A stretch of 64,000 bases of DNA, from assembly GCA_019244185.1 (NCBI GenBank), contig JAFATB010000025.1, positions 224,001-288,000 of the forward strand, read 5' to 3'. The notes beneath the pieces were generated by a model that worked only from the letters and a program-made list of their open reading frames with translations, ran no database searches and was not told the origin of the DNA. This DNA is from Acidobacteriota bacterium. GTDB taxonomy: Bacteria > Acidobacteriota > Thermoanaerobaculia > Gp7-AA8. Positions 11,401-19,398 of the stretch are shown piece after piece (positions within the stretch are counted from its first letter, which is position 1; each line of letters starts with the position of its first letter). The position numbers and the translations under genes are program-made.

Positions 11401-12196
11401 GTTCAGCCAGCTCCCGCTCGACGCGTTCGCGCTCTTCACGCGCGGCCGCTTCGCGAGCGACGCGCTCACGTTCTTCCGCTTCGCGTGCGACGCGTTCGGC
11501 AACTTCGCGCTCCATGCGCGCCGCCAGCTCGCGTTCGCGTTCGGCGAGTTCCCGCTCGGCGCGTTCGCGCTCTTCGCGCGCGGCCACTTCTCGCGCCGTA
11601 CGCTCGCGTTCTTCCGCCGCGAGCCGCTCGCGCAGCGCGCGTTCCTGCGCGGTCCGCTCGGCGAGCTCGCGTTCGAGGCGCTCGCGTTCGACGCGGGCGG
11701 TCTGTTCGGCCTGCGCCGCGCGTTGCTCGGCTTCGCGGCGCGCGGCGTCGGCCTCGCGGCGCAGACGCTCGAGCTCCGCGGCGGTCGAGGCGTCGCGCGT
11801 ACTTTCCTTTTCCTCCGCGAGCGGCAGCACGCCGAGCGGTCCCTGCCGCGCGTCGAGCTGCGGACGCATCGGAGCGCGCGAGCTCATCGCCGCACGCGGC
11901 GCCGTCAGCAGCGTCACGATGCCGCCCGCCAGCGCGCCGGCGACGGTCAGCATCGCCAGATAGACGGCGGAACGGACATCCGGAAACACGAACACCCAGG
12001 CGGCGATGGAAGCGAGGAGGGCCGTCAGGCCGCCCTGCCACCCTCCCTTCCAGGCGGAAAGGGCGATGGCCGCCACGAACACCACGAGCAGCAGGGGTGC
12101 GGATGCCGGCACGAGCAGGCCGGCACCGGTCGCCACGATCACGAGATCGAGCGCAATGCCATATCGGAGGATACGCCGGCGGGTGGCCTCGGTCAT
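8450..12196 (-). CDS. Membrane-anchored multi-receiver response regulator with E/R-rich stalk and two Cys8 zinc-finger-like domains
   Basis: N-terminal TM helices; 46-aa E/R repeats; degenerate REC; two copies of CxxC-x11-CxC-x8-CxxCxxCxC each followed by a REC (VEDD...LILSDAFMP...AKP). Confidence 0.9.
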   Translation of the reverse strand: MTEATRRRILRYGIALDLVIVATGAGLLVPASAPLLLVVFVAAIALSAWKGGWQGGLTALLASIAAWVFVFPDVRSAVYLAMLTVAGALAGGIVTLLTAPRAAMSSRAPMRPQLDARQGPLGVLPLAEEKESTRDASTAAELERLRREADAARREAEQRAAQAEQTARVERERLERELAERTAQERALRERLAAEERERTAREVAAREERERAERELAERERELAARMEREVAERVAREAEERERVAREAAAREERERVERELAERERELAARMEREVAERVAREAEERERVARETAAREERERAERELAERERELAARMEREVAERVAREAEERERVARETAAREERERAQRELAERERELAERFEREFAQRTGEHAGVAELERIERERLEAERAAQDAEQAALEARLAAEEAQRVALVERERLERELAERVARERELEERLAAEHLTVEAQRAEREAAGRELEARLASELEARLEAERLALRAKLEEEVAAEREAIAREAEARVEQMRREVEEEARRNRDEQTPGAAASAMQMPAAPRPASDSRTAQRTSWIGAIADLFRGEERSGVNLNNRKISGNQPPRRTNLSSPAPSARRKAHNARKPRLLMLERRRATADTAVPKLRLRGVEVEVVERWVDAVDELFRFRPDAICLDAEHPEFETIYRTIAEKAPNLPILVTGRSSGLLPQSVRYAAFIVRPYDVDELMRLAQQAREKPEELVATQMLPRVTKAPAAPPQRMPQAPHAPAAPMGIVRPAPVGEHEPEEVEPISAASAANASNDEYDVACFSCRALFNAIDADWCSCLTKERTLVCTNCLACFCKAPPSYKEKFWVQAPPRLFERKSAEVRRQGHLPDNAQPEDVTRPLVLCVEDDEEIQAIVQRVCSNLGYGFIYATNGQDGLNIARLYRPNLILSDAFMPKLDGREMCRMLKEEPLGAECKMVVMTGLYTDTKYRSEAVKRFHVDDYIAKPVAITDLINLLQRHLEGVAGLPVQEDLHELHRQDVSNDERHDESHADDVPLADVLAEPSQPRLVVRAHDGYEVTCVTCQQSFDATRAEWCSCVGRDNTLLCTHCGNCFCKAPASYKERFWMDAPPSLFERKMIGSKRSLGARINPSPDEVKRPLILLVEDDENVQLIVRTVVTTMGYGFVVGANGQEGLSLAREYGPDLILSDAFMPKLDGREMCRLLKEDPSTSRSKAIIMTGLYTDRKYRNEALDYFKVDDYVAKPLAVDDLIRLFKKHLPQEVQAAM
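11100..11600 (-). repeat. Intragenic 138-bp tandem repeat (about 3.5 copies) encoding 46-aa E/R-rich helices
   Basis: The Met codon of the repeat recurs at 11237, 11375 and 11513 (period 138). Boundaries are approximate. Confidence 0.85.
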
Positions 12197-12208
12197 GGGT
12201 CTCCGGGA

Positions 12209-13636
12209 TTACTTGGACGCTTGCTGCGCGACCGTCTGTTCGATCTTCGCGCGATAGCGCGCGACGTCGTCGGTGATCTGGATGAACGGCAAGGCGCAGT
12301 TCAGCTCCTTCTGCGCCGCCTCGTAGCTACCTGTCTCGTACAGCGACACCGCATTGTAGTAGCGAAGGTCTTCCTCCCCTTTCGCGAACGGCGCGAGGCG
12401 CTGGAACGCCTGCACCGCCAGCGGGAACGCGCCGGTCTGATAGAGCCCGACCGCCGCCTCGCCGAGGACGTCGCGCGGAATGCCCGCGGAATTCGCGAGG
12501 CGCGTGTAGAGCGTGTTCGCCGCGTCGACGTTCCCGTTCGTCGCGAACGCCTCGGCCTGACGCAGGCTGGCGAGATATCCGCGCCGCGCCTCCGCGTCCG
12601 CATCGGCGACGCGCTGCGCCGCTTCCTTCGCCGCCGCCTCGCGCTCGGTCGCGATCTTCGCCTCCGTCTGCTGCTGGATCTCGGCGATGCGTGCGTCGGC
12701 CTTGCGCTGCGCCTCCGCTTCCGCCGCGGCGATGGCCTGTTCCTGTTCGTGGCGCGCCGCCGCGAGACGCGCGTCGGCCTGCTGCTGCGCCTCGGCGATC
12801 TTGCGCTGCGCCTCGGCCTGCGCCGCCGACACGCGCTGATTCGCGTCCGTCTCCGCCGCGCTCACGCGCTGCTGCGCCTCGCTCTGCGTGGCGGACAGCT
12901 TCTGCGCCGTCTCGCTCTGGATCGCGCTGACCTGCTGCTGCGTGTTGCTCTGCATCTCCGCGATGCGCTGCTCCGCGTCGCGCTCGACGGCGGCGACGCG
13001 CTCGGCCGCGGCCTTGTTCGCGGCGTCGCGTTCCGCGGCGATGCGCGCGTCCGCCTCGCGCTGGATGCGCGCGCGCTCGCGGGCCACGATCTCATCGATG
13101 ATGGCCTGGCGGTCGGCGCGCTCTTCCGCGAGCGTCTTCTTGACCGTCACCTTCTCGGACGGGGCATTCGCGCTCGCCAGCTGCGGCGCGTTCGCGGGGA
13201 GGTTCGCCGTCGGCACGAGCGAGCGCGCGAGGCGATCGAACTCGCTGCCGGTCGTCGGGTCGAGCGGCAGCGTCGCGTACGTCGGCGTGATGCGCTCGGC
13301 CGCCATGAGCCGCACGACCGTCTCGCGCGCATCAGCGGCGCGCCCGAGGTGCGATTGGGAGAGCGCGAGGAAGACGAGCGAGCGCTCGAACGACTGCAGC
13401 TCGGCGAAGCGGCCGGTGTTGACGTACGCCTGCATCTGATCGGGAGAGAGGAAGCCCTGCGCGGCGGCCTGCAGGTCGACGATTGCCGCGGCGTAGTCAC
13501 CCGCGCGATACGACGTCAGGCCGCGGTCGAGCAGTTGATCGGGAGAGATCGCGGCCGCCGGAGCCGCGGCGGCGAACACGGAGGCCGACACCACGGCAAG
13601 CAACGCCGCAACACGCAATAAGGCAGACGTTCGCAC
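12209..13636 (-). CDS. Secreted TPR-repeat/coiled-coil protein
   Basis: GTG start with GGGAGG RBS; signal peptide; TPR-like helices (GLTSYRAGDYAAAIVDL, YYNAVSLYETGSYEAA) flanking an A/Q/E-rich coiled coil. Confidence 0.8.
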   Translation of the reverse strand: MRTSALLRVAALLAVVSASVFAAAAPAAAISPDQLLDRGLTSYRAGDYAAAIVDLQAAAQGFLSPDQMQAYVNTGRFAELQSFERSLVFLALSQSHLGRAADARETVVRLMAAERITPTYATLPLDPTTGSEFDRLARSLVPTANLPANAPQLASANAPSEKVTVKKTLAEERADRQAIIDEIVARERARIQREADARIAAERDAANKAAAERVAAVERDAEQRIAEMQSNTQQQVSAIQSETAQKLSATQSEAQQRVSAAETDANQRVSAAQAEAQRKIAEAQQQADARLAAARHEQEQAIAAAEAEAQRKADARIAEIQQQTEAKIATEREAAAKEAAQRVADADAEARRGYLASLRQAEAFATNGNVDAANTLYTRLANSAGIPRDVLGEAAVGLYQTGAFPLAVQAFQRLAPFAKGEEDLRYYNAVSLYETGSYEAAQKELNCALPFIQITDDVARYRAKIEQTVAQQASK

Positions 13637-13746
13637 GAGGTACCCTCCCGAAACTCGAATTGGCAACTGCTGGCCGTTTCGAGCGTGCATTCAATTTTGC
13701 TGCCGAGTTCGCGGACGGCACGAGAACCGCAGCGGCGAGCGGTGGC

Positions 13747-15978
13747 GTGCACGACAATCTGATCCACTTCCTGCGCGAGCGGCAGGAGGCATTTCCGTTC
13801 CGCCGCGACATCGACCTCCGGCACTTTCTCGCCGACGCGGTCGACCGCGCCGCCCTCTTCCCCGTCCCCGCGAAAATCTTTCTGGCCGACGAACAGCAGC
13901 CGAAGGGCTACGGCTTCGCGCTCGCGAAGTCGCCCGTACTCGACGACGTCGAGTCGAAGTTGCAGCGCTGGCTCGACGCGCAGCTGGCCACGCGCGGCGA
14001 GCGCAGCGAGCGTGCGGAGAACCTCCTCGGCTCGTACACCGACGCCGTCTTCAAGCTCTCGCGCAACGCCACCGAGTCGTCGATCCTCGCCGACTACGAC
14101 GCCGTGTTCTGGCATCTTCACGCGCAGCAGGTCTCGCGCATCTTCAGCCGCTTCGGCCGCGGCGCGATCGAAGCCGATCTCTCGCGCGAGGACATCGACC
14201 GCCTCAAGTACGCGCTGCACGCGCGCTGGCTGACGGCGATCCGCGAGTCGTCCGGCGCGCACGGCTTCCTCGAGCTCGTGCTCGACAACCCGCTCGTCGC
14301 AACCGAGGAGTTCGTCGGGCCCGACCTGCGCGAGCTGCGCGGATACTTCAACGGCTATCTGCAGCGCGACTACACAGCGTTCCGCGATGCGGTGCAGGAC
14401 ATCCGGCAGCAGGCGGCGGACCTCATGGCGAAGGACAAGGTCCTGCGCCGCTCGATCCGGCTCCTCGGCTATCCCGACGCGCCGGCGCTGCACGTGGTCG
14501 CGCTGCTCGATCCGCGCGTGCGGCAGCTGCTCGGCGATCATCCGAAGTTCCGCACGCACGGCGATCATGCGCTCGTCGAGGCGATCGCGCGTCCGCTCCT
14601 CGAGTTCTGGGTCGTGCAGGCGCTGCGGCGCGGCATCATCTGGATGAAGACGACCGAGGAGGGAGAGAACCTCGCGGACGGCGGAGCGAACGTCGTCTAC
14701 TCGCGCGCGATCCGTCCGATGAACTTCGGACGCCGCGGCGTCGTCGAGCCGATCGTCTATCGCTACGGTCTCGTCTACGACATCACGTCCTTCACCGAAA
14801 CCCTCGGCGAGATCGCGCGCGGCGGCAAAGGTGAGGAACAGAGCTCCTACCGGCAGATGCTGTCATTCCAGCGCGAGCTCGCGGAGATCGCACGGCGGCA
14901 CCTGCTGCAGTTCGAGAAGTTCCTCGGCGACGGCGCGTTCTACACGTCGCGCCGCGCCACGCGCATCCTGCAGGCCGCGATCGACGTCCAGCAGTTCTAC
15001 GCCGAGTCGCGACGCAACGGCTTCGCCTTCAACAAAGGCATGCGCATCGCGCTCAACTACGGCTACTACCGCCTGCTGCCGATGCGGATCTCCGCCGACG
15101 GCACGCAGATCATCGAGTTCTACGGCCCCGGCATCGTCGAGCTCTCGCGTCTCACGACCGGCAAAACGACCAAGGAAGTCGAGGACATGCAGCACCTCCT
15201 CCTCGCGCACGGCTACGACCAGAACGACGTCTACCGCTTCTTCGCGCCGCTCTCGCGCAGCGTCGACCGCGGCGGCGTCGAGGAACAGCAGCGCGAGTTC
15301 TTCGCGTACATCAACGAGAACGGGCACCTCATCAACGAAGGCATCGTCGTCTCGGTGCCGTTTCTCGAACAGCTCTCGACCGAGATCACCGAAGACGCGC
15401 AGAAGGTCTATCGCCTGCGCACGAAGTGGAGCGTGTACCTCGGCTTCGCCTCGAATGGCGGTTATGCCGCGATCCGCCTCCTCGGCGCGGTCTCGCTCAA
15501 AGGCCTCGGCCTCCAGGAGATCGGCGAAGTGGTGTGGCTGCGTCCCGACGAGGCGGAGATCTCCGTCGTCGACGAGGCGAAACCGCTGCTGCAGCTGCTG
15601 CAGCAGGAGCGCAATCACAAGGCCGCGCGCAACGTGGCCGCGACGTCGACCCTCGTCGAGTCGGATGCGGGTCTCGCCGATCTCGTCGTCTGCGAGGCGC
15701 ACGCGGAGACGGCCGAGCCGGTGATCCTCGTCGGCGAATGGGATCCGGTGTCGGAGGAGATCCGCCGCCCAATCCGTCTCGACGGCATCGACGCGGAACG
15801 CTACGGCCTCGCGGTGCCGCTGACGGTGCAGGGCGTCGAGTCGCAGAGCCTCGCCTATCAGAAGCTCTATCGGCGCCTGAGCCGCATCGAGACGCTGCCG
15901 AGCTTCTCGGCCGACGTCGTGCGGCACAACACGAACTTCAGCGGCTTCATCATCGGGGCGACGGTCGAACCGCTGTAA
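13747..15978 (+). CDS. Large cytoplasmic protein containing a class III nucleotidyl cyclase-like domain
   Basis: YDITSFT ... EKFLGDGAFY ... MRIALNYG ... EFYGPGIVELSRL follow class III cyclase motif order. The GTG start at 13747 is a best guess. Confidence 0.7.
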   Translation: MHDNLIHFLRERQEAFPFRRDIDLRHFLADAVDRAALFPVPAKIFLADEQQPKGYGFALAKSPVLDDVESKLQRWLDAQLATRGERSERAENLLGSYTDAVFKLSRNATESSILADYDAVFWHLHAQQVSRIFSRFGRGAIEADLSREDIDRLKYALHARWLTAIRESSGAHGFLELVLDNPLVATEEFVGPDLRELRGYFNGYLQRDYTAFRDAVQDIRQQAADLMAKDKVLRRSIRLLGYPDAPALHVVALLDPRVRQLLGDHPKFRTHGDHALVEAIARPLLEFWVVQALRRGIIWMKTTEEGENLADGGANVVYSRAIRPMNFGRRGVVEPIVYRYGLVYDITSFTETLGEIARGGKGEEQSSYRQMLSFQRELAEIARRHLLQFEKFLGDGAFYTSRRATRILQAAIDVQQFYAESRRNGFAFNKGMRIALNYGYYRLLPMRISADGTQIIEFYGPGIVELSRLTTGKTTKEVEDMQHLLLAHGYDQNDVYRFFAPLSRSVDRGGVEEQQREFFAYINENGHLINEGIVVSVPFLEQLSTEITEDAQKVYRLRTKWSVYLGFASNGGYAAIRLLGAVSLKGLGLQEIGEVVWLRPDEAEISVVDEAKPLLQLLQQERNHKAARNVAATSTLVESDAGLADLVVCEAHAETAEPVILVGEWDPVSEEIRRPIRLDGIDAERYGLAVPLTVQGVESQSLAYQKLYRRLSRIETLPSFSADVVRHNTNFSGFIIGATVEPL

Positions 15979-15996
15979 ACGCGGCGTCGCGTTTAC
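15975..15996. terminator. Hairpin between convergent genes containing both stop codons
   Basis: GTAAACGCG-gcgt-CGCGTTTAC, perfect 9-bp stem. Confidence 0.55.
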
Positions 15997-17060
15997 GTCG
16001 CCGCGTCGCGCATCCAGAGCACGACGCCGGCGATCTTGGCGATGTCGATCTGCCGCTCGAGATACTCCCAGATGCCGAGGACTTCCTCGCGCTGGCGGAT
16101 TGGCGCGACGCGGCGGACGTGCTCGTCGGAGAGCGCGAAGCGCGCGCGGGAGTACCAGCGGCTCGCCTCGACCGGATCGCTGGCGAACTTCTGCACGGCG
16201 GAGGTGACGAGCGCGATCTCCTCGTCGGAGACGCCGTCGAGTCCGGCGAGCGAGTCGGCTTCGGTGCGCCGCGGTTTGGCGCGGCGGTCGGGCTGCAGCT
16301 CGTGCGCGGCGTTGAGCAGCTCGACCGCGCGCGCGAGCCGATCGGCGTGCTCGATGATGCGCAGGCCGCTGATCGAGAACGTCTCGTCGCCGGAGCGCGC
16401 GAGGCTCGTCCAGACGACGCGCGCGCGCATGACGAACGAGCGCGCGGGTTTGAGCAGCGCGAACGAGAGCTTCGCCTCGACGCCGGGGACCAGCGGCTCC
16501 GCGTGGCGGATGCGCAGCCCCGTCTGCGAGATCTGAACGATGGAGAACTTCGCGTCGCCGAAGATGCCGCTGATGCGGCGCAACGGAATGAAACGCGGCG
16601 TCGAGCGCATGTCCGGCGTTTCGGCGAGCGTGTGGCGCGGACGCGCGCGTCGCGGCGCGAGAAGCTCGCGCGCAAACGCGGGCTCCGCGATCGGCAGATG
16701 CGGCTCTTCGGCCGGCGTTTCTTCAGCTGGTAGAGCGTCGCCGTTCGCATCGGAGGCGGCTTCGCTCGCCGCGTCCGGCACCGAGTCGGCGCTCGCATCT
16801 GCCGCACTCTCCTCGAGCAGCGGCTGCGACAGCCCGTCCTCGAGCTCCGCCGTCTCTTCGAACCGCAGCCCCGCCTCCGCCCGATAGACGCGTACGAGCG
16901 CATCGCGGAGGAACGTCTCGAGCTGCGCGAGCGGCACGCGCGCCTCGCCGCGCTGCATGCGGCAGAGCACGCGTCCGCTGTCGAGCAGACCTTCCACGAC
17001 GTCGGTCGGAAGCTCGAGAAGCTGGCTGACTTCAGAGAGGGTGAGCGTTCGGTTGAGCAT
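15993..17060 (-). CDS. N-terminal excisionase/MerR-like HTH plus PilZ-like domain protein
   Basis: LTLSEVSQLLELPTDVVEGLLDSGRV (HTH_17-like); RSTPRF (RxxxR) and QISQTGLRI (degenerate D/NxSxxG) followed by a beta-barrel-like ARVVW...SGLRI. Confidence 0.7.
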   Translation of the reverse strand: MLNRTLTLSEVSQLLELPTDVVEGLLDSGRVLCRMQRGEARVPLAQLETFLRDALVRVYRAEAGLRFEETAELEDGLSQPLLEESAADASADSVPDAASEAASDANGDALPAEETPAEEPHLPIAEPAFARELLAPRRARPRHTLAETPDMRSTPRFIPLRRISGIFGDAKFSIVQISQTGLRIRHAEPLVPGVEAKLSFALLKPARSFVMRARVVWTSLARSGDETFSISGLRIIEHADRLARAVELLNAAHELQPDRRAKPRRTEADSLAGLDGVSDEEIALVTSAVQKFASDPVEASRWYSRARFALSDEHVRRVAPIRQREEVLGIWEYLERQIDIAKIAGVVLWMRDAAT

Positions 17061-17108
17061 TCAGGCGAGCTGCAATTCGGGGGCGTTTCGCGCGCCCTCG
17101 CGGCCCGC

Positions 17109-17501
17109 TCATGCGACCGATATGCCTGACACGCTTCCGCTGCTCTGGAGGCACCGCCGCAGCGCGGCCATCAGCCGCGACGGCAGCACCGGTTTCGAGA
17201 GCGTCTCGCAGATCGTCGGGAAGAGCTTGCGGATCTCCGCGGCCTCGAGTCCGGTGACGACCACGATCGACTCGAGCAGCGCTGGCGTCGTGCTGGCGAT
17301 GTACTCCATCACGTCCGTGCCGCTGAGCTTCGGCAGCGCGAGATCGAGGATCACGGCCTGGTACTTGGCGTTCGCGAGGTAGTAGACGGCACGCTCGCCG
17401 TCGCCGGCGAGATCGCAGTCGCAGCCGCCGTTCTCGAGGATCCGGCGGAGTCCTTCCCGCGTAGCCGCATCGTCTTCGACGATCAATACCCGTGGACGCA
17501 T
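17109..17501 (-). CDS. Single-domain response regulator
   Basis: VLIVEDD...VILDLALP...VVTG...LSKP. Confidence 0.9.
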   Translation of the reverse strand: MRPRVLIVEDDAATREGLRRILENGGCDCDLAGDGERAVYYLANAKYQAVILDLALPKLSGTDVMEYIASTTPALLESIVVVTGLEAAEIRKLFPTICETLSKPVLPSRLMAALRRCLQSSGSVSGISVA

Positions 17502-17521
17502 CTCTTTAACTAACTCTATCA

Positions 17522-17535
17522 GCAAGGAAGGGGCC
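17522..17535 (-). promoter_or_regulatory. Putative sigma54 -24/-12 promoter
   Basis: Minus strand TGG-CCCCTTCCTT-GCT, 20 bp before the ATG at 17501. Confidence 0.6.
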
Positions 17536-17552
17536 ACGGGAAGAGTGCAAAA

Positions 17553-18200
17553 TTACCCCAACGCCGTCAGAAATGGCGCGGCCAGCATGACCGCTCGCGC
17601 GAGGTGATCCGCCTCCGTGAAGCCTGACGATTTGCGCGGCTTGAAGGAGTGATCGCCGTCCTCGAGCCACTCGACGCGGATCGAGCGCGACAGCGGATAC
17701 GAGGCGACTTCGTCGGGACCGCCGAACGGGTCGCGCGTGCCTTGAATGATGAGCGCCCGCGTGCGCAGCGTTTCGAGATGCGCGGTGCGAAGTTGCGCGG
17801 GACGTCCGGGCGGATGGAACGGATAGCCGAAGCAGACCAGGCCGCGGACGCCGGCGTCGTCCGCGATCATGCTGGCGATGCGGCCGCCCATCGACGCGCC
17901 GCCGATGGCCACGCGCGCGCCGCCGCCGTGCTCGTCGATGACGCGCCGCCACGTGTCGAGCAGCACCTGCGGCCGGTCCGGCGAGCCGCGCTTCCCGCCC
18001 TCGCGCCGCGCGGCCATGTACGGGAACTCGAAGCGCACCACGCGGATGCCTTCCGCCGCGAGCCCCCGCGCGATCGCGTTCATGAACGGCCGGTCCATCG
18101 GCCCGCCCGCGCCGTGCGCGAAGAGAAAGCGATGCTTCGCGCGCTCGGGTCCGTCGGTGAGGTAGTGCAGTGTCTTCGCAGTCGTCTTGGCCATTGTCAT
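17553..18200 (-). CDS. Alpha/beta hydrolase (KANL3/Tex30-like)
   Basis: FAHGAGGPMD, GASMGGR nucleophile motif, GYPFHPPG, QGTRDPFG, GDHSF; TGATG overlap with the upstream gene. Confidence 0.9.
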   Translation of the reverse strand: MTMAKTTAKTLHYLTDGPERAKHRFLFAHGAGGPMDRPFMNAIARGLAAEGIRVVRFEFPYMAARREGGKRGSPDRPQVLLDTWRRVIDEHGGGARVAIGGASMGGRIASMIADDAGVRGLVCFGYPFHPPGRPAQLRTAHLETLRTRALIIQGTRDPFGGPDEVASYPLSRSIRVEWLEDGDHSFKPRKSSGFTEADHLARAVMLAAPFLTALG

Positions 18201-19300
18201 CACCAGCCGCGCACCGGTTTCCACGCGTCGACGAGCTCGCCGCCGTCGACGACGTGATACGTGTCGAAGAGCGCCGCGGTGAGACAGGAGTGGTTCGGGA
18301 TGATGCGCACTTGCGTCCCGACCGGCACATGCATTTCGGTGCGAACCTTTCCGTGCTCTTGCGACAGCGCGATGAGCGTCATCGGCAGCGGCCGCAGCTC
18401 GAGATCGCACACGAGGCCGTAGCCGAAGCGTGGATCGATGTGATCGGGTCCCAGATCCTTGGACAGCGCCAGCGCGCCGGCGTCGACGATGAGCGACTGG
18501 CGCTCGGGGTACGAGCCGACCACGGTCGCGAGCACCGAGGCCGCGCAATCGGAGAGGGCGCACGAGCCGATCGTCGCCTGGAAGGCGTCGTAGAAAACAT
18601 AATTGCCGGGGCGCACTTCATCGCAGTCATCGAAGCGGTCGACGACCGAGAGCGTCGGCGTCGAGCCGATGCTGCGCAGCGTCTCGCCCAGCCCCTCGCC
18701 GGCGAGCAGCGCGCGGAAGCGCGCCAGCGACCCCGACTCCTCCGCCGCGACGCGCCGGATCTCCGCGACGTCGCGCGCGTTGTACGAATGCCCCGCATGC
18801 GTGAGCAGCCCCTGAAAGCGGATGGTCTCGCTGCTCGCGAGCGCCCGCGCCAGACGCACGCTGTCGGGACTCTCCGGATCGACGCCGGCGCGGTGATAGC
18901 CGCAGTCGACTTTGAGGAACGCGTCGAAAACGACGCCGTGGCTCGCGCCGAACTCCTCCATTGCTCGCCGCGTGGTCTCCGAGTCGACGAGCAGCGCCAG
19001 GCGCTCGACGCGCCCCGCGAGGTCCGCCGCGCGCGCGAGCTTCTCCGGCGCGATCGGCACCGCGTACGTGATGTCGCGGAAGCCGGCGTCGGCGAAGAAC
19101 TCCGCCTCCGCGAGCGTCGACACCGTGATCGCGCCGGCGTTCCCGCCGTGCTGCATCCGCGCGATCTCGCGCGTCTTGTGCGTCTTCACGTGCGGGCGGA
19201 AGTGGACGTTCGATGCCGACGCGCGCTCGCGCATGCGGTCACAGTTGTTCGCGAGCGTTTTCAGATCGACGAGCAGCGCGGGGGTGGTGAGGTTCAGCAT
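18200..19300 (-). CDS. DSD1/D-threonine aldolase family PLP-dependent enzyme (alanine racemase fold)
   Basis: TPALLVD, RPHVKTHK (PLP Lys), HAGHSY, GSTPT, EVRPGNYVFYD, SQEHG, PNHSC. Confidence 0.9.
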   Translation of the reverse strand: MLNLTTPALLVDLKTLANNCDRMRERASASNVHFRPHVKTHKTREIARMQHGGNAGAITVSTLAEAEFFADAGFRDITYAVPIAPEKLARAADLAGRVERLALLVDSETTRRAMEEFGASHGVVFDAFLKVDCGYHRAGVDPESPDSVRLARALASSETIRFQGLLTHAGHSYNARDVAEIRRVAAEESGSLARFRALLAGEGLGETLRSIGSTPTLSVVDRFDDCDEVRPGNYVFYDAFQATIGSCALSDCAASVLATVVGSYPERQSLIVDAGALALSKDLGPDHIDPRFGYGLVCDLELRPLPMTLIALSQEHGKVRTEMHVPVGTQVRIIPNHSCLTAALFDTYHVVDGGELVDAWKPVRGW

Positions 19301-19304
19301 GATT

Positions 19305-19391
19305 GAATGAAGAACGCAGAACGCAGAATGAAGAATTGAGAACGGGGCTCGGTTTCTTCATTCTACGTTCTGCGTTCTGCGTTCTTCATTC
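19305..19391. repeat. Inverted heptamer-repeat hairpin (GAATGAA/GAACGCA units)
   Basis: Left arm gaatgaa-gaacgca-gaacgca-gaatgaa-gaattga; right arm is the reverse complement of similar units. Confidence 0.9.
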
Positions 19392-19398
19392 GTCTTTC

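Noticed and set aside
9914-13621. 1235-aa plus-strand ORF and many other long overlapping ORFs (e.g. 20-2269, 29923-31890, 49241-51220)
   Set aside because: Antisense or off-frame shadows of real genes, expected in very GC-rich DNA; no recognisable motifs
13747-15978. Cyclase-like gene as a Pycsar/CBASS anti-phage system
   Set aside because: No adjacent cyclic-nucleotide-binding TM/TIR effector or other defence genes; host-like composition
19303-19398. N-terminal extensions of dinB (also of the 20514 and 23711 ORFs)
   Set aside because: These are translations of the heptamer hairpins; family homology starts at downstream ATGs
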